Source: an uncultured bacterium
GTDB lineage: Bacteria > Patescibacteriota > Gracilibacteria > Absconditabacterales > Absconditicoccaceae
Assembly: GCA_947168725.1 (NCBI GenBank)
Contig: CAMVNA010000004.1
Span: forward strand, 10,110-74,109
DNA: 64,000 bases
Reading direction: 5' to 3'
Shown here: positions 47,152 through 58,380 of the stretch, in pieces
Layout of the letters: each line of letters opens with the position of its first letter
Position numbering within the stretch: the first letter of the stretch is position 1
Translations under genes and position numbers: made by a program
Notes under the pieces: model-generated
Database searches by the model: none
Seen by the model: only the letters and a program-made list of their open reading frames with translations
What the model was told of the DNA's origin: nothing

Positions 47152-50100
47152 ATGTTAATTTACAAAAGAGCTAACTTTGCACCAAATGGATGACCTGAAC
47201 AACAATCTCAGGAACCCACACCTGAAGTAAAAATCCAGGATCTCAAAAGAGAAATCAAGGAATTAAGTGATAATGATGCTAAAAATGATGGATTCGAAAG
47301 TAAGATCATCGTCGACAACCAACTTAATGGCTCATTAAGTACTGAATTATTAAAACCTGAAAATAAAAAAACTCTCAATAACCTAGTAAAAGAGCTTTCT
47401 AAAATCCTTGAGAAAAAAAACTATGACACAAACGGTGCAGATTTATTAAATTTATTAACTTGAGTACAAAAAAAAGCTGAATTTAATAGACTCAATAAAA
47501 TTATGACAAATCCAAAAGAAGCAGGAGGAATAAAACTAGATGATTTATGAAAATTTAATGATCAAGAAATAAAGTTGGTTTGTGATTATATAAAGGATAA
47601 TATTGTATCTCCTGAATGTGCAAACTTACATAAACTGTTTGTTACATATAAATCCATGGAACAAAGCATAACCGACAAAAAAGCAAAAGAAAATTTTCTA
47701 AATATTCAAAAATCACTATTAGATTCTTGATGAAATTCTACTGTTGCAGTTGAAATAGAACTATCTCATAAACAATTAGCTGAAATTTTTACAGATTTAA
47801 GCGTTGAAAAATTTAATTCAATAATAACAGAATATACGAACCTTACTGATTGGAAAGGTACTCCCCTCGAAGGACAGATTGGATTTAAAAATAATTGAAA
47901 AAATTTTACTGAAGGTGAATTTGTTGCATATTTTAATGGAGCTAATGAATCCAGAAAACAAGCTAACGAAGCAATAGCTACTGATTTCCGTCTATGAGAT
48001 ATAACACAAGATACATTGAAAAATTTTAGAGTTAAAGATAATAAATTGCTCTATAACTGACAACCATGTAGAAACGAGGATATCAAGGCAGTTTTTTGAG
48101 AGACAAAAATCAATCCAGCATTAAAAGAATGAATTTTCTTTTGAGATGAAAAAGCAGCTATTGAATCAAAAATCTGTGACAAAATAACAAATGAGATAAA
48201 GGATAAACTTCAGAATTCAGATCAAGAGGTAAATAAAGAAAAATGGACTATGAAACCTGAAAACTTTGACAAAATAAAAAGTACCCTATGAGACAGAATG
48301 TTTATTAATATGGATGCTGAAGATAAGGTAACCTATATTCCTCAAAAAGCCAAAGCTTACCTATCAGAATATAGAAATAAAGAATGGCAAGATATCAAAA
48401 AAGACTTTAACACACCAAACTGAATGGCTTATGTCGCAGCCTTACAAATTTTATTGAATGTTGATCATGACGCAAATATAAACGTAGATGGAATATGGAA
48501 ATATAGTGGACAAACCCAAGAAGCAGTAAGAAAATTCCAAGAAAATTATAATAACAATTTGCCAACAGATTGAGTAAAAATAGAAAAAGTAGATGGACTC
48601 CCATGAAAGATAACATTAGAAGCTCTACTTGATGGTCAATATGGAGATGCCGGACTCGACGGACAATGGAAAGTAAATCCAGATTGAACATGAGAATTTT
48701 TAGACTGAACAGAAATCAAAGAAAAAGATGGTAAAAAGTATATTACAATAGATGGACAAGACTATTATGAATACACAGAAGGAATGGAGGGACCGGGATA
48801 TCGATTTTGAAAGAATGATGATCATGACAGTCGACTTTATGTTTGAAATTTTAAAAATGGGAAATCACAATGAGAATGAACTTGTACTCGAAATAATTGA
48901 GAGAAATATGTATGAAAACGAGAGAAAGATTGTAGAACAGAGTGAACATATACTTGGCCTGCCGGTACTCCCGATAATTTCCGTGAATATGTATGAAAAT
49001 TTGATTATAAAAATGATAAATATGTAATGACTGATTGAACGATGACCTATGAAGATAACGATAAATATAAGTGAGCATTTAATGAAAAAAATGAAAAGCA
49101 GTGAAAGTGAACATATACTTGGGCTAATTGAAATATCCTCAATTGAACTTGGGAGAGGGATCATCTTGAGGGAGAAGGTACAGTTTCATTCCCTAATACT
49201 GACATACCTGATCTAAAAGTAGTTTTAGATGGAGATAAATTAAAAGTAACATCTGACTTACCAGCATTTAAAGATAAATTAATTTATGTCGAAACATGAG
49301 AATTTGTCGATGCTACTAACACAACTCCTGAGGCACCAGAGAAGAATCCTGCCGTCGTTGAATGAATTTGAAAGTTTGAAGGTGATACATTCAAATTTGA
49401 TAATGTAAATGAATTAAATGGAAACAAGTATGTGAATATATGATGAAAAAATTACTATGAATACAGAAATGGTATGAACGGTGACTGATATATGGTAGTC
49501 CCAAAGACAAACGAGCATTCTGCATATGTATTATATTGACATTACGAAAATGGAGTAATCATGAATTGAACTGTACATGATGCAGAGGGAAATAAATATG
49601 AATGAGAATTCAAAGATGGTGAACGTTCTTGAAAATGAAAGGCAACGATGTTTGACTGAACAACTTTGTCATGTGACACGTTTGTAAAGGGTCTTCCTAC
49701 ATGAAAATGTACTATTGAATATTGAAGTTCAGAGGACTGGAAAGATGAACTTGGAAAATGGGAAAAATATGAATGAGAAATACAAAACAGAGTACCTTCT
49801 TGAAAAGATTGAACTATGACTTGGAAAAACTGAGACAAATATACATGAGAATGGAAGGATGGAAGAATGGACTGAGATTGAACTTATACTTTCCAGAACG
49901 GTACAACAATCGAATGAACAATTGTTTGAAAATTTGAAAAAGGAAAGCTTACAACATGAACTCTTACCTTTAAGGATTGACAAACATTCAACTGAGCATT
50001 TAATGAGACTTGGACTCCTGATACAGGAACTTTCAAAAAAGATCAAAATGATCAAGGGGTACATGTAGAATCAGATGAAGTTTGATTAAAGGATGATCAA

Positions 50101-50193
50101 GGTAACTACGTTTATAGACGAGAAGGTCAGATGCCAGCTACAAACCAAGCTTCTTCAAGAAGAAGAGAGTAATAGCTCCAGATCAATTATAAT
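47152..50193 (+). CDS. giant surface protein: PG-binding domain + MORN-repeat array
   Basis: 1013 aa, with the frame checked at six positions. YVAALQILLNVDHDANINVDGIWKYSGQTQEAVRKFQ...VDGLPGKITLEALL is PG_binding_1-like. There are many YxGxxxxGxxxGxG units (e.g. GDKYTGEWKDGRMDGDGTYTFQNG), with most Gly residues encoded by TGA. Confidence 0.7.
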
Positions 50194-50218
50194 CTAGAAA
50201 TCTAATCACATATCTATA

Positions 50219-50253
50219 TAATTACATCCGGTTTATACTGGATGTAATTTTTT
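50219..50253 (+). terminator. rho-independent terminator
   Basis: An attacatccgg-tttata-ctggatgtaat hairpin followed by T6. The T-run abuts the ATG of the next gene. Confidence 0.7.
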
Positions 50254-52821
50254 ATGATAAATTTATTAGTTGCATATTACGAAAATATTTGACCATTCAG
50301 GGATACTTGTTGTTCTTTATTTTTTGATGAATGAAAATATTTAATTAAAGCACCGATATGAAGCTGAAAGAGTTTCTTATTTTTTGATGCTCCGAGATAT
50401 GCACTATATAAGGATAGCTCTAGAAATATGCTGAATCTACAGAGTAAAAATGGAGAGATTACTCTGATTTTTGAGGTAGATTGAGCTTATTACTTGATAA
50501 AAAGAATCCTAAAATCCACTAAGATGTGAAATGATAGCTGTAGTTCTCAGTTATTCACGGTAAGTTATAATTGAGAAAATTTATTAAAAGATATCAAAAA
50601 TCTGACCTGAAATACAGAGATTTTGCAGTGGTGAGAAAATGTAATTGAAAAGTTTGAATCTGAAAGTGGAAAACTTTGGAATTTGGAAGAGATTCCTTTC
50701 AAAAATGAAACAGATTGTCAATCTACTTTGGAATCTTTGTTACCTCCGAAAGAGGTATTTCTAAGTACCGTCTTTCTTTTGCAAGATGCTGATAATATCT
50801 TTGAAATGAGACCTGCTGATAGGCTGATTGTGCTCAAAAATGTATTCAATCTTCTTTGAATCGATGATGCGAAAGAAAAAGTTCAAGAAAAGAAAAAAGA
50901 AGTCTGATATAAATTGAAGGCATTACAAGACCATTCATTGCAGGATAATAAACTCAGAGCAACCCTGAAATCATTATGGAGTAATTTGAAAACTCTCGAA
51001 GAAGATGAGGAATTGAAAAGCATTTTGTCTGCAAATGATGAGTTTTTTGAGAATATTGAATGATTTTTTGATCAAATTTCTCTCAGTGATTTTAGTTTAA
51101 ATTGACTCGACAACTCCCCTTTTGAAAAAGCTCAAAATCTGATTCAAACAAAAATGGATGCTGTGATAAAATTAGATACTCAGTTGAATGAATTGCAGCA
51201 ACAACTTTCGAATCTCAATACTCAAAAACAGAAAATCTGAAATGATATTTCTAGTACCAAACTGAGTATTGCAGATTTACAGAAAAAAATAGAAAATATT
51301 GATACTAAAAAATGAAATGAACTCAAAGAAAAGAAAATGGAGCTTTATAAAAAATGAGAGTCATTGAGCTTGAATGCTAAATATTCAGATTTTTCTGAAT
51401 TGATTGAATTTTGGAATAAGTCTGCTGAAAATGATGACAGTTTTGAAAAACTAGATATGCCAAAAAATTTGAAATCAGCTTTTGATATTTTGCAAATTGT
51501 AAAAAATGCGTGAATATCATTAAGAGCCTTGATAGAATCTGGAAACGTTAAATTAGAAAATATTGATTTACAGGCAAAAAATCGGAAAGAAAATCATGAT
51601 AGAGAAGTAGAAAAATTGAAAGAATTGAAATCTAGAAAGGAAGATGAAATCAAATTACAGCAAACTAGAATTGAGGAGTTAGATAAAATGTGGACAGAAA
51701 ATTCTGATTTTGATTGTCCTGATCTGTGCAAAAAATGTCCTCATATTAATGCAATAAACAAACAGCAATATGAGCAGTATTCTCAGCAAAAGGAGAAATT
51801 AAATCAAACTTTGGAAGCTATGAAAACTGAATATGAGAAGCAGGATTTTGATAATAAAATTAAGGAACTTGAAAATCAGAAGAATCCTGAATGAGGTGAT
51901 TTGAAAAAAGATTTGGAGAAAAAAATCAAAGAGCAAACAGAATTTTCTGATTCTTTGAGAGAATATTTAATAAAGATTTGATTCGCTGAATGGGAAAAAT
52001 CTTATCGTGAATGGGAATCTATTCAAACTGAGATTCAGGTAATTGATAAACAATTATTTCAGCGAGAGGAAGAAAGTAAAAATCTAGATAAATATCAGCA
52101 AGATAAAGTAGCTGCTGAAACTTCATTGCAACATTTAGAAAAATCTTTACAGGAGCAAGATAAACAGATCGAAAACTTGAGTGTAAAAATCCAGTGAGCA
52201 AAATCTGAAAAGGAAAAATCAAACTGACCAAAATTACAGCAACAGCAAACTGAAATTAAGCAGATTTTTCAGACTATTTCTCAGATTGAGCAGTTAGTTC
52301 AGGATAGTGTGAATAATAAGAATCTAGCTAAACAATTACAGGAAGATGAAAAGAAATTAGGACGTTTGTATTCCATTCTCTCCAAGGAAATAGTATTTTT
52401 GGCCTTGGATGATTATTTACCGGTTCTGAGTGATGTGATAAATAATTATCTTTCTCAGTGTGTAGATTATACTTTGAAAATGCAGATAGATGAAAATGGA
52501 GATAAACTTGAACTGAATGTTAAAGTAATTGACTCAAAATGAGAAAGAGAAGTAAAAAGTCTGAGTGGAGGACAGAGAACTATTTTGAAATTGGTATGGA
52601 TGCTCGCTGTCTCATCATATTTACATACTCCCCTTTTATTTTTGGATGAAACGATTAATAATTTAGATGTAGATACGGTTTGAAAAGTTTCAGAAATGAT
52701 TAATAATTTTGTGAAGCAGAGAACTATGAAATTTTATACAGTTACGCATAATAAGGAAATTCAAGATATGCAGATTTGGGATGACGTGATTGAAATAAGT
52801 AAATCTGGTTTTAATTCGTAA
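50254..52821 (+). CDS. sbcC: SbcC/Rad50-like SMC-family ATPase with zinc hook
   Basis: 855 aa. Walker A KAPIGSGKSFLFDA (G is TGA), a long coiled coil with DCPDLCKKCPH (a CxxC hook-like motif), the signature SLSGGQRT, and Walker B PLLFLDETINNLD. Joins track ORFs 51529 and 52309. Confidence 0.75.
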
Positions 52822-52830
52822 AAATTATGT

Positions 52831-53274
52831 ATGAAATACGATGATTATTTATTAAAAATATTAAAAGAAGAATGTCCTTTTTGTGATATAAAAAAAGAAT
52901 ATATTATTGAAAAATGAAAACATTTTACAGTTTTGCTTGCGAGAGCACCTTATGTTCATGATCATATTTTAATTGTCCCAAATAGACATTTAGTTCGTTT
53001 GTCAGAAATTGCTCCGAAAGAGTGGTGAGATTTAATATTGATGATAGAGAAATGGATGAGAAAAATGGAAACAATTCATAGTGAAGTAAATCTTTTACTT
53101 AGGGATTGAATAGCAAATTGAAAAGTTGGGAAGAGTATTGATCATTTGCATTTTCATATAATTCCTGAGATCCCGATTTATTCTACTAATTCATGATGAA
53201 ATAGAGAAATATATACTGATCATCAGCTATCCAAAGAAACGGAAACTTTTAAAACTAAATTTAATTGAAATTAA
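52831..53274 (+). CDS. HIT family hydrolase
   Basis: CPFCDI...HILIVPNRH...SIDHLHFHIIPE (histidine triad). It starts 10 nt after the sbcC-like stop. Confidence 0.8.
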
Positions 53275-53280
53275 TTTCCG

Positions 53281-54372
53281 ATGACTGTATTGTTTGACCA
53301 AGAAAACTTAGAAAATCGAACAAAAGAGCATAAAATTCCACAGTTCAAAGTGAAACAGATTTTTTTCGAATTATTTAAAAATCAGCATATTGAGTGGGAT
53401 GAAATGACTACCCTTTCGAAGCAGCTAAAAGATGAATTAAAATCAGATTTCTCTCCTATATCTCTAAAATGTATAGAAACTGTGGAAGCTGAGACTACTA
53501 CAAAATTTGCATTCCAAACGAAAGATGGATATACTGTTGAGGCGATTTTGATGTATCATTGGCAAGATGAGAAATATATAAAAAATAATAAAAGAAAGCT
53601 GAATCGTATCACACTTTGTATCTCTTCACAGATTGGGTGTCCTGTTAATTGTTTATTCTGTGTAACATGAAAATTATGATTTACTAGAAATTTGACTTGG
53701 GATGAGATTATAAGTCAGATTTTATACGCTAATGCTTATATATTTAAGCGTTTTGGAAAAAAAGAAGACTGAACTCGTCGATGAATAAGGAATGTGGTTT
53801 TTATGTGAATGGGAGAACCTCTTTTGAATTATGATGAAGTTAAGAAGGCTATTGAAGTTATGCTTCAGCAAGATAGACTATCTTTATGACGTAGGCATGT
53901 AACAATCTCAACGGCTGGAATTATTCCGTGAATTGAACGTTTGATTGAGGATAAATTAGATGTAAAGTTGGCGGTTAGTCTCCATGCTCCTAACCAAACT
54001 TTGAGAGAAAAAATTATGCCAATTGCAAGAAGATATAAATTAGATGAATTGATGGAGGTAATTGATAGATATGTAAAAGTTACTGATAATAGAATTTTTT
54101 ATGAATACATTATGATAGCTTGAATTACAGACAAACCTGAATTAGCCGAGGAACTGGTTAAACTTTTATGAAATAGATTGGCGCATGTAAATTTGATTCC
54201 ATATAATGCTAATCCAGTTATAGATTTGAAAGAATCAAGTCAAAAAAGTATTCAGAATTTTAAAAAAATTTTAGAAAAAGGCTGAATTACGGTTACAGTT
54301 CGTGAATCTATGTGAAGAGAAGCCAAATGAGCTTGTGGTCAGCTTGGTTATGAAAAAGTGAAAAAAGAATAA
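53281..54372 (+). CDS. rlmN: 23S rRNA/tRNA adenine-C2 methyltransferase RlmN (radical SAM)
   Basis: CISSQIGCPVNCLFCVTG (CxxxCxxC), NVVFMGMGEPLLNY and the C-terminal GACGQL. Joins track ORFs 53281 and 53941. Confidence 0.92.
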
Positions 54373-54383
54373 AATCCTAAAAT

Positions 54384-54412
54384 TTGACAAAGTTTAATAT
54401 TTTGTATATAAT
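54384..54412 (+). promoter_or_regulatory. consensus promoter AAAATTTGACAAA-N17-TATAAT
   Basis: TTGACA at 54384-54389 and TATAAT at 54407-54412. Confidence 0.6.
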
Positions 54413-54445
54413 ATTTTATATTATTTATTTTTTTATTAGTAAATA

Positions 54446-55255
54446 ATGAAAAATCCTGCAATTATAGAAGAAATATGATGAATAGAAGATATGCATTTAG
54501 GTGAAATCACTGATAATGAAAAATCAACAAAAAAAGAAATTAATATATTAAAAGATAGTATAGTAGATAATTTTTATCAAGTAGAAGGAATATGAAAATT
54601 TAATAACCGATCTTTTATTTTTGATAATGGTGTAGAATGAAAGGATGAAAAATGAAAATATATAACTATTGATTGAGAAAAATATTATAAATATGAAGAA
54701 TGAATAAACGATAAATGATATCAATATTATATTTCGGAAGATAATATAGCTTGCTTATATATTTGAGATTTTGTGGAAGGGGAAATGGAATGAAAATGAA
54801 TACAATTTATGGATAATTGAAACAAATTTGAATGAATTTGGAAAAATGGAGAGCCTGTAAAATGAATACTTACATATGCTGATTGAGATAAATATGAGTG
54901 AGATTTTAAAAATCATTATATTTGTTGAAGGTGAATATATACGTACTTAAATTGAGATAAATATGAGTGAGATTTTGTAAATAATGGTTTTGAATGAAAA
55001 TGAAAATATACTTTTGTGAATTGAGACAAATATGAATGAGATTTTAAAAATGGTACTTATAATTGAGAATGAACATTAACTTGGGAAAATAGTTGAGAAA
55101 TTTTAAAATGAGAATGGAAAAATGGTAAATGCGTTTCCTGAAAAATTACACTAAATCCATGAAATCGCATATTTGATGTAACAGAAGATGAAAAATGACT
55201 TAAGATAATTACCCCTTGAGAATACGAAGGTAAATACACAAAAGAAATAATTTAG
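54446..55255 (+). CDS. MORN-repeat protein
   Basis: 269 aa, with repeated DGDKYEGDFKNG / NGDKYEGDFVNNG units encoded by near-identical gattgagataaatatgagtgagatttt blocks. Most Gly residues are TGA. Confidence 0.7.
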
Positions 55256-55323
55256 TAATCTTTTTAGACTATTTTCCACGTTTATTCAGGAAAATATTAC
55301 ATATATAAAAAGTCTTCAAAAAT

Positions 55324-55351
55324 TTGACAAATAAAAAATTTTGTATATAAT
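55324..55351 (+). promoter_or_regulatory. consensus promoter AAAAATTTGACAAA-N16-TATAAT
   Basis: TTGACA at 55324-55329 and TATAAT at 55346-55351. Confidence 0.6.
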
Positions 55352-55391
55352 ATAGTGAACATAAAAATTTTTATCCTTTAATTTTACTAAA

Positions 55392-55922
55392 ATGGCACCA
55401 AATTACGAAAAAGCAGTAGAAGCATATGAAAATAGTTTGGAATCTGGTAGAGAAGATTTAAACAATCTTAAAAAAGAAATTATTCCTGATCTAGTTTATA
55501 AGGAAACTCTTTCAGATGAAGAAATGAAGAAACTAATTGATCACGAGATTAGTAAAGGTAGCGATTCGCTTTACTTGTACAATATTGAATCTTTGACAGA
55601 CGAGCAAGCAAGAATGATAAATGAAAATTCAAATAAGCTCAAAACACTTTTTATGCCTAGCTTAAATCATTTAACAGCTAATCAAGCAAACTTATTATCT
55701 AATATTAAAAATCTTGATTTACGCTGAATGAAAGAGATTTCAGATGATGTGTTAAAAGATTTATGAAAATGAAATATTGAACATCTAACATTGTTATGAT
55801 TAGAAAGAATGCCAGATAACCAAGCAGAAATTTTAGCAAACTCTAATATTAAACAAATAGAAATGGAATCTCAAGTACTATCTACTAAATGATTGGATAT
55901 TCTTAAAAACAAATTATCATAA
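55392..55922 (+). CDS. hypothetical protein with leucine-rich-repeat-like units
   Basis: Track ORF 55392..55727 extended through TGA to TAA at 55920. Repeated L..L(T/S)..QA..L units. Confidence 0.55.
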
Positions 55923-55943
55923 TACATAACTTTTCACCATCAC

Positions 55944-55971
55944 AAAAAGCTGAACCTACATCAGCTTTTTT
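55944..55971 (+). terminator. rho-independent (possibly bidirectional) terminator
   Basis: An aaagctga-acctaca-tcagcttt hairpin flanked by A5 and T6, lying between convergent genes. Confidence 0.7.
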
Positions 55972-56045
55972 GCTATACTAAATATTTTTATTATTTATAA
56001 CTAAGAAACCATAAGTTTAAACACACTTTTCTTTATATTTTTTCT

Positions 56046-57192
56046 TTTAATTCGTTATCAAAGGTCTAACTACATATCTATAAACCTCATTTCATTTATC
56101 AGTAATTATCATAGGCTTTTGATCAGTAACAAGATTGAATTGGATTTCATCAGATTCCATCATTTTGATGAAATCAGTAATATATCTTCAATTGACTGCA
56201 AATACAATTGGCTCTCATGAAATAATTGCGTTGATCTTGGTCTTTCACGCTCATTTATCAGTTTTTCACGATGAAATAATTATTGAACTGTCTCACTGAG
56301 TTTCGATTTGAATGAAGTTGTTCATGTCTCTAGTAAGAATTCAAATTTTTCTGATAGCTTTTTCACATAATGTTTTATCTACCAAAATTGTGTGATTAAA
56401 TTGAGTCGGCATAATTTCTTCTCTTTCGTAATCAGGGAAATTTCATTGAATCAATAATGAAGTTGCAGAAATCTTAATATCTCAGATTGAAAATTCAAAT
56501 CAGATTAAATTATCCGAATATTTCATTTGCATATCAGGAGACTCACCCTTCACTGCATATTCAGCGATAGATGTGACATCATTTATTGCTGATTTTGGAA
56601 TAAGAAGAGAAAAATCTGATTCAATATCTGCAGGAATTTTAAATTCAGCGATTCTGAAAGAATCTGTTCCAACAAAAACTAATTTTTTAGTATCTCATTC
56701 AGATTTAGTTTTAATTAAAACTCAAGTAAGGACTGGTGAAAAATTCTTTTCTGTGATTGTGTATTCTACCATATTTACTCAGTTTATGAATGTCTGAGTT
56801 TCTAAGTTTATATTTGTAGTATTCATTAGTTCTGGCAACGCTACATATTCACTTGCGGAAATTCAGTTAATTGTGAAATCATCATCTGCAGAAGTGATTT
56901 GCATTACATTATTTTGCATATTTACAGAAATTTCTATTGCTTTTTCTTCGATTGTTTTTAACAAATCTGAAAACATTTTAGCATTTACAGTGATTGCTCA
57001 TTCTAATTTTATTTCACATGGAATTTCGATATCTACGTATTTTTCCATATCAGTAGCTCTAATATTTAGAGTGTCAATACTCGCCTTCATGTAAATATTC
57101 TGCAAAATTGGCAATGTAGAATTTTTGGATACAAACCTAGATGCGATATCGCATACTTCAACAAGTTTTTCACGATCAATAACGATTTTCAT
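56046..57192 (-). CDS. dnaN: DNA polymerase III beta sliding clamp DnaN, with an apparent 1-nt frameshift near 56280
   Basis: The N-terminal 312 codons (MKIVIDREKL...PVLTGVLIK...FVGTDSFRIAEF...LIQGNFPDYEREEIMP...IETQGDSSI) run in one frame to TAA at 56256-56254. The conserved C-terminus (IISSGKTDKG...EPIVFAVNGRYITDFI...YRYVVRPLITN) is in another frame, open from 56279 to TAA at 56048-56046. The total length of 1147 nt is not a multiple of 3. Confidence 0.85.
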
Positions 57193-57369
57193 GTGATATT
57201 ATGATAGAAAATATAAAGCAAAATCAAAAAAATTTTCCCTTAACCACTTTTAATTTTTTTTATATGATTTTCAAATGTAAATAGAGAAAAATTTTTGATT
57301 TATAAAAAAGGATTACTTATACATGTAATCCTCACTTTATTCTAAATGTATTTTTTAGAAATTATTGTT

Positions 57370-58206
57370 CTATTCATCAGTTTCTGCTATATTTTGATCA
57401 ATATCGTCATCATCTCACTGAGTATCTAAGTTAATAAAATATCTATCGTAATATGCTCTGACCTTTTTTAATTGTTTTTTTAATTTATCTTTACTAGCTA
57501 ACTCAGTTGGTTTAAAATCTAGTTTAATACTAACCGGACGATTGTATCAGCTTTTCTTGAGTCTTTTTAAGAATAATCATAAATCTAATGTTCATGCACC
57601 AGGAATTAAATGTCCTTTTCAATTATTTGTTTTATCTGAAAAATAAATTACCGATATATATGGAGCATAATCATCAATTTTGCGAGTAAGTTCATTTTCA
57701 AACAAATCTGCATCGATATTACTGATATCTAGTCAAATATAGCAATCATATTTTTTTACTATATCAATAATATTGCTGAAACGATATTCAGGTATTGGCA
57801 ATACGAATAATTTACTATCTTTTGGATTAAGAACTGAAAAATGGATATCTGGATTATTCTTTTTATAATTCGCTAAATTATTTGATATGAAATCAAATGC
57901 TTTAAAATCAATTATTTTTGGAGCATTTATACAAATTGTATCGCAATTTGTAGCTTGGCATATATCAAGAGCTTTATCTAGTTCTTTTTGATTTAATTTT
58001 GCAGAAGTCTGAACAATATATACTGGTAAGTCGTGGTCTGTAGATAATTTTTGTACGTATTCTTCATCCCATGCATCAAATCATTTTCGCATAGCTAGAT
58101 CGATACCATCAAATCCTGTACTTTTTGCTATAGAAAATACTAAATCTAGTCCATAATTTGGTAAAGAATCTGTACTTAGTAATAATGCATTATCTTTTTT
58201 TTGCAT
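57370..58206 (-). CDS. sugar phosphate isomerase/epimerase-like (xylose isomerase-like TIM barrel) protein
   Basis: 278 aa. SIAKSTGFDGIDLAM... and the C-terminal GKGHLIPGAGTLDL pattern, followed by an acidic tail. Confidence 0.5.
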
Positions 58207-58323
58207 TTATGTATTTATAGAAAAATTAAAATTTTGTTCCTCTAAACAATTGTATTCACTTTCTTAATAAATGCAAATTTTTATTTAGATTTTTTATAAA
58301 ATATAAAAATTCTGGAATATTTT

Positions 58324-58352
58324 TTGCTTTTTTGAGTGCATCTGAATATAAT
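58324..58352 (+). promoter_or_regulatory. sigma70-type promoter (TTGCTT-N16-TATAAT)
   Basis: Lies 29 nt upstream of the ATG at 58381. Confidence 0.4.
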
Positions 58353-58380
58353 CTAGGTAATTTTATTATAATAAGGGACA

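Noticed and set aside
32484-50193. The hydrolase-rich region as a prophage or other mobile element.
   Set aside because: I recognised no integrase, terminase, capsid, tail, transposase or att-like flanking repeats. Core genes (uppS, miaA, a pseudouridine synthase) are interspersed throughout.
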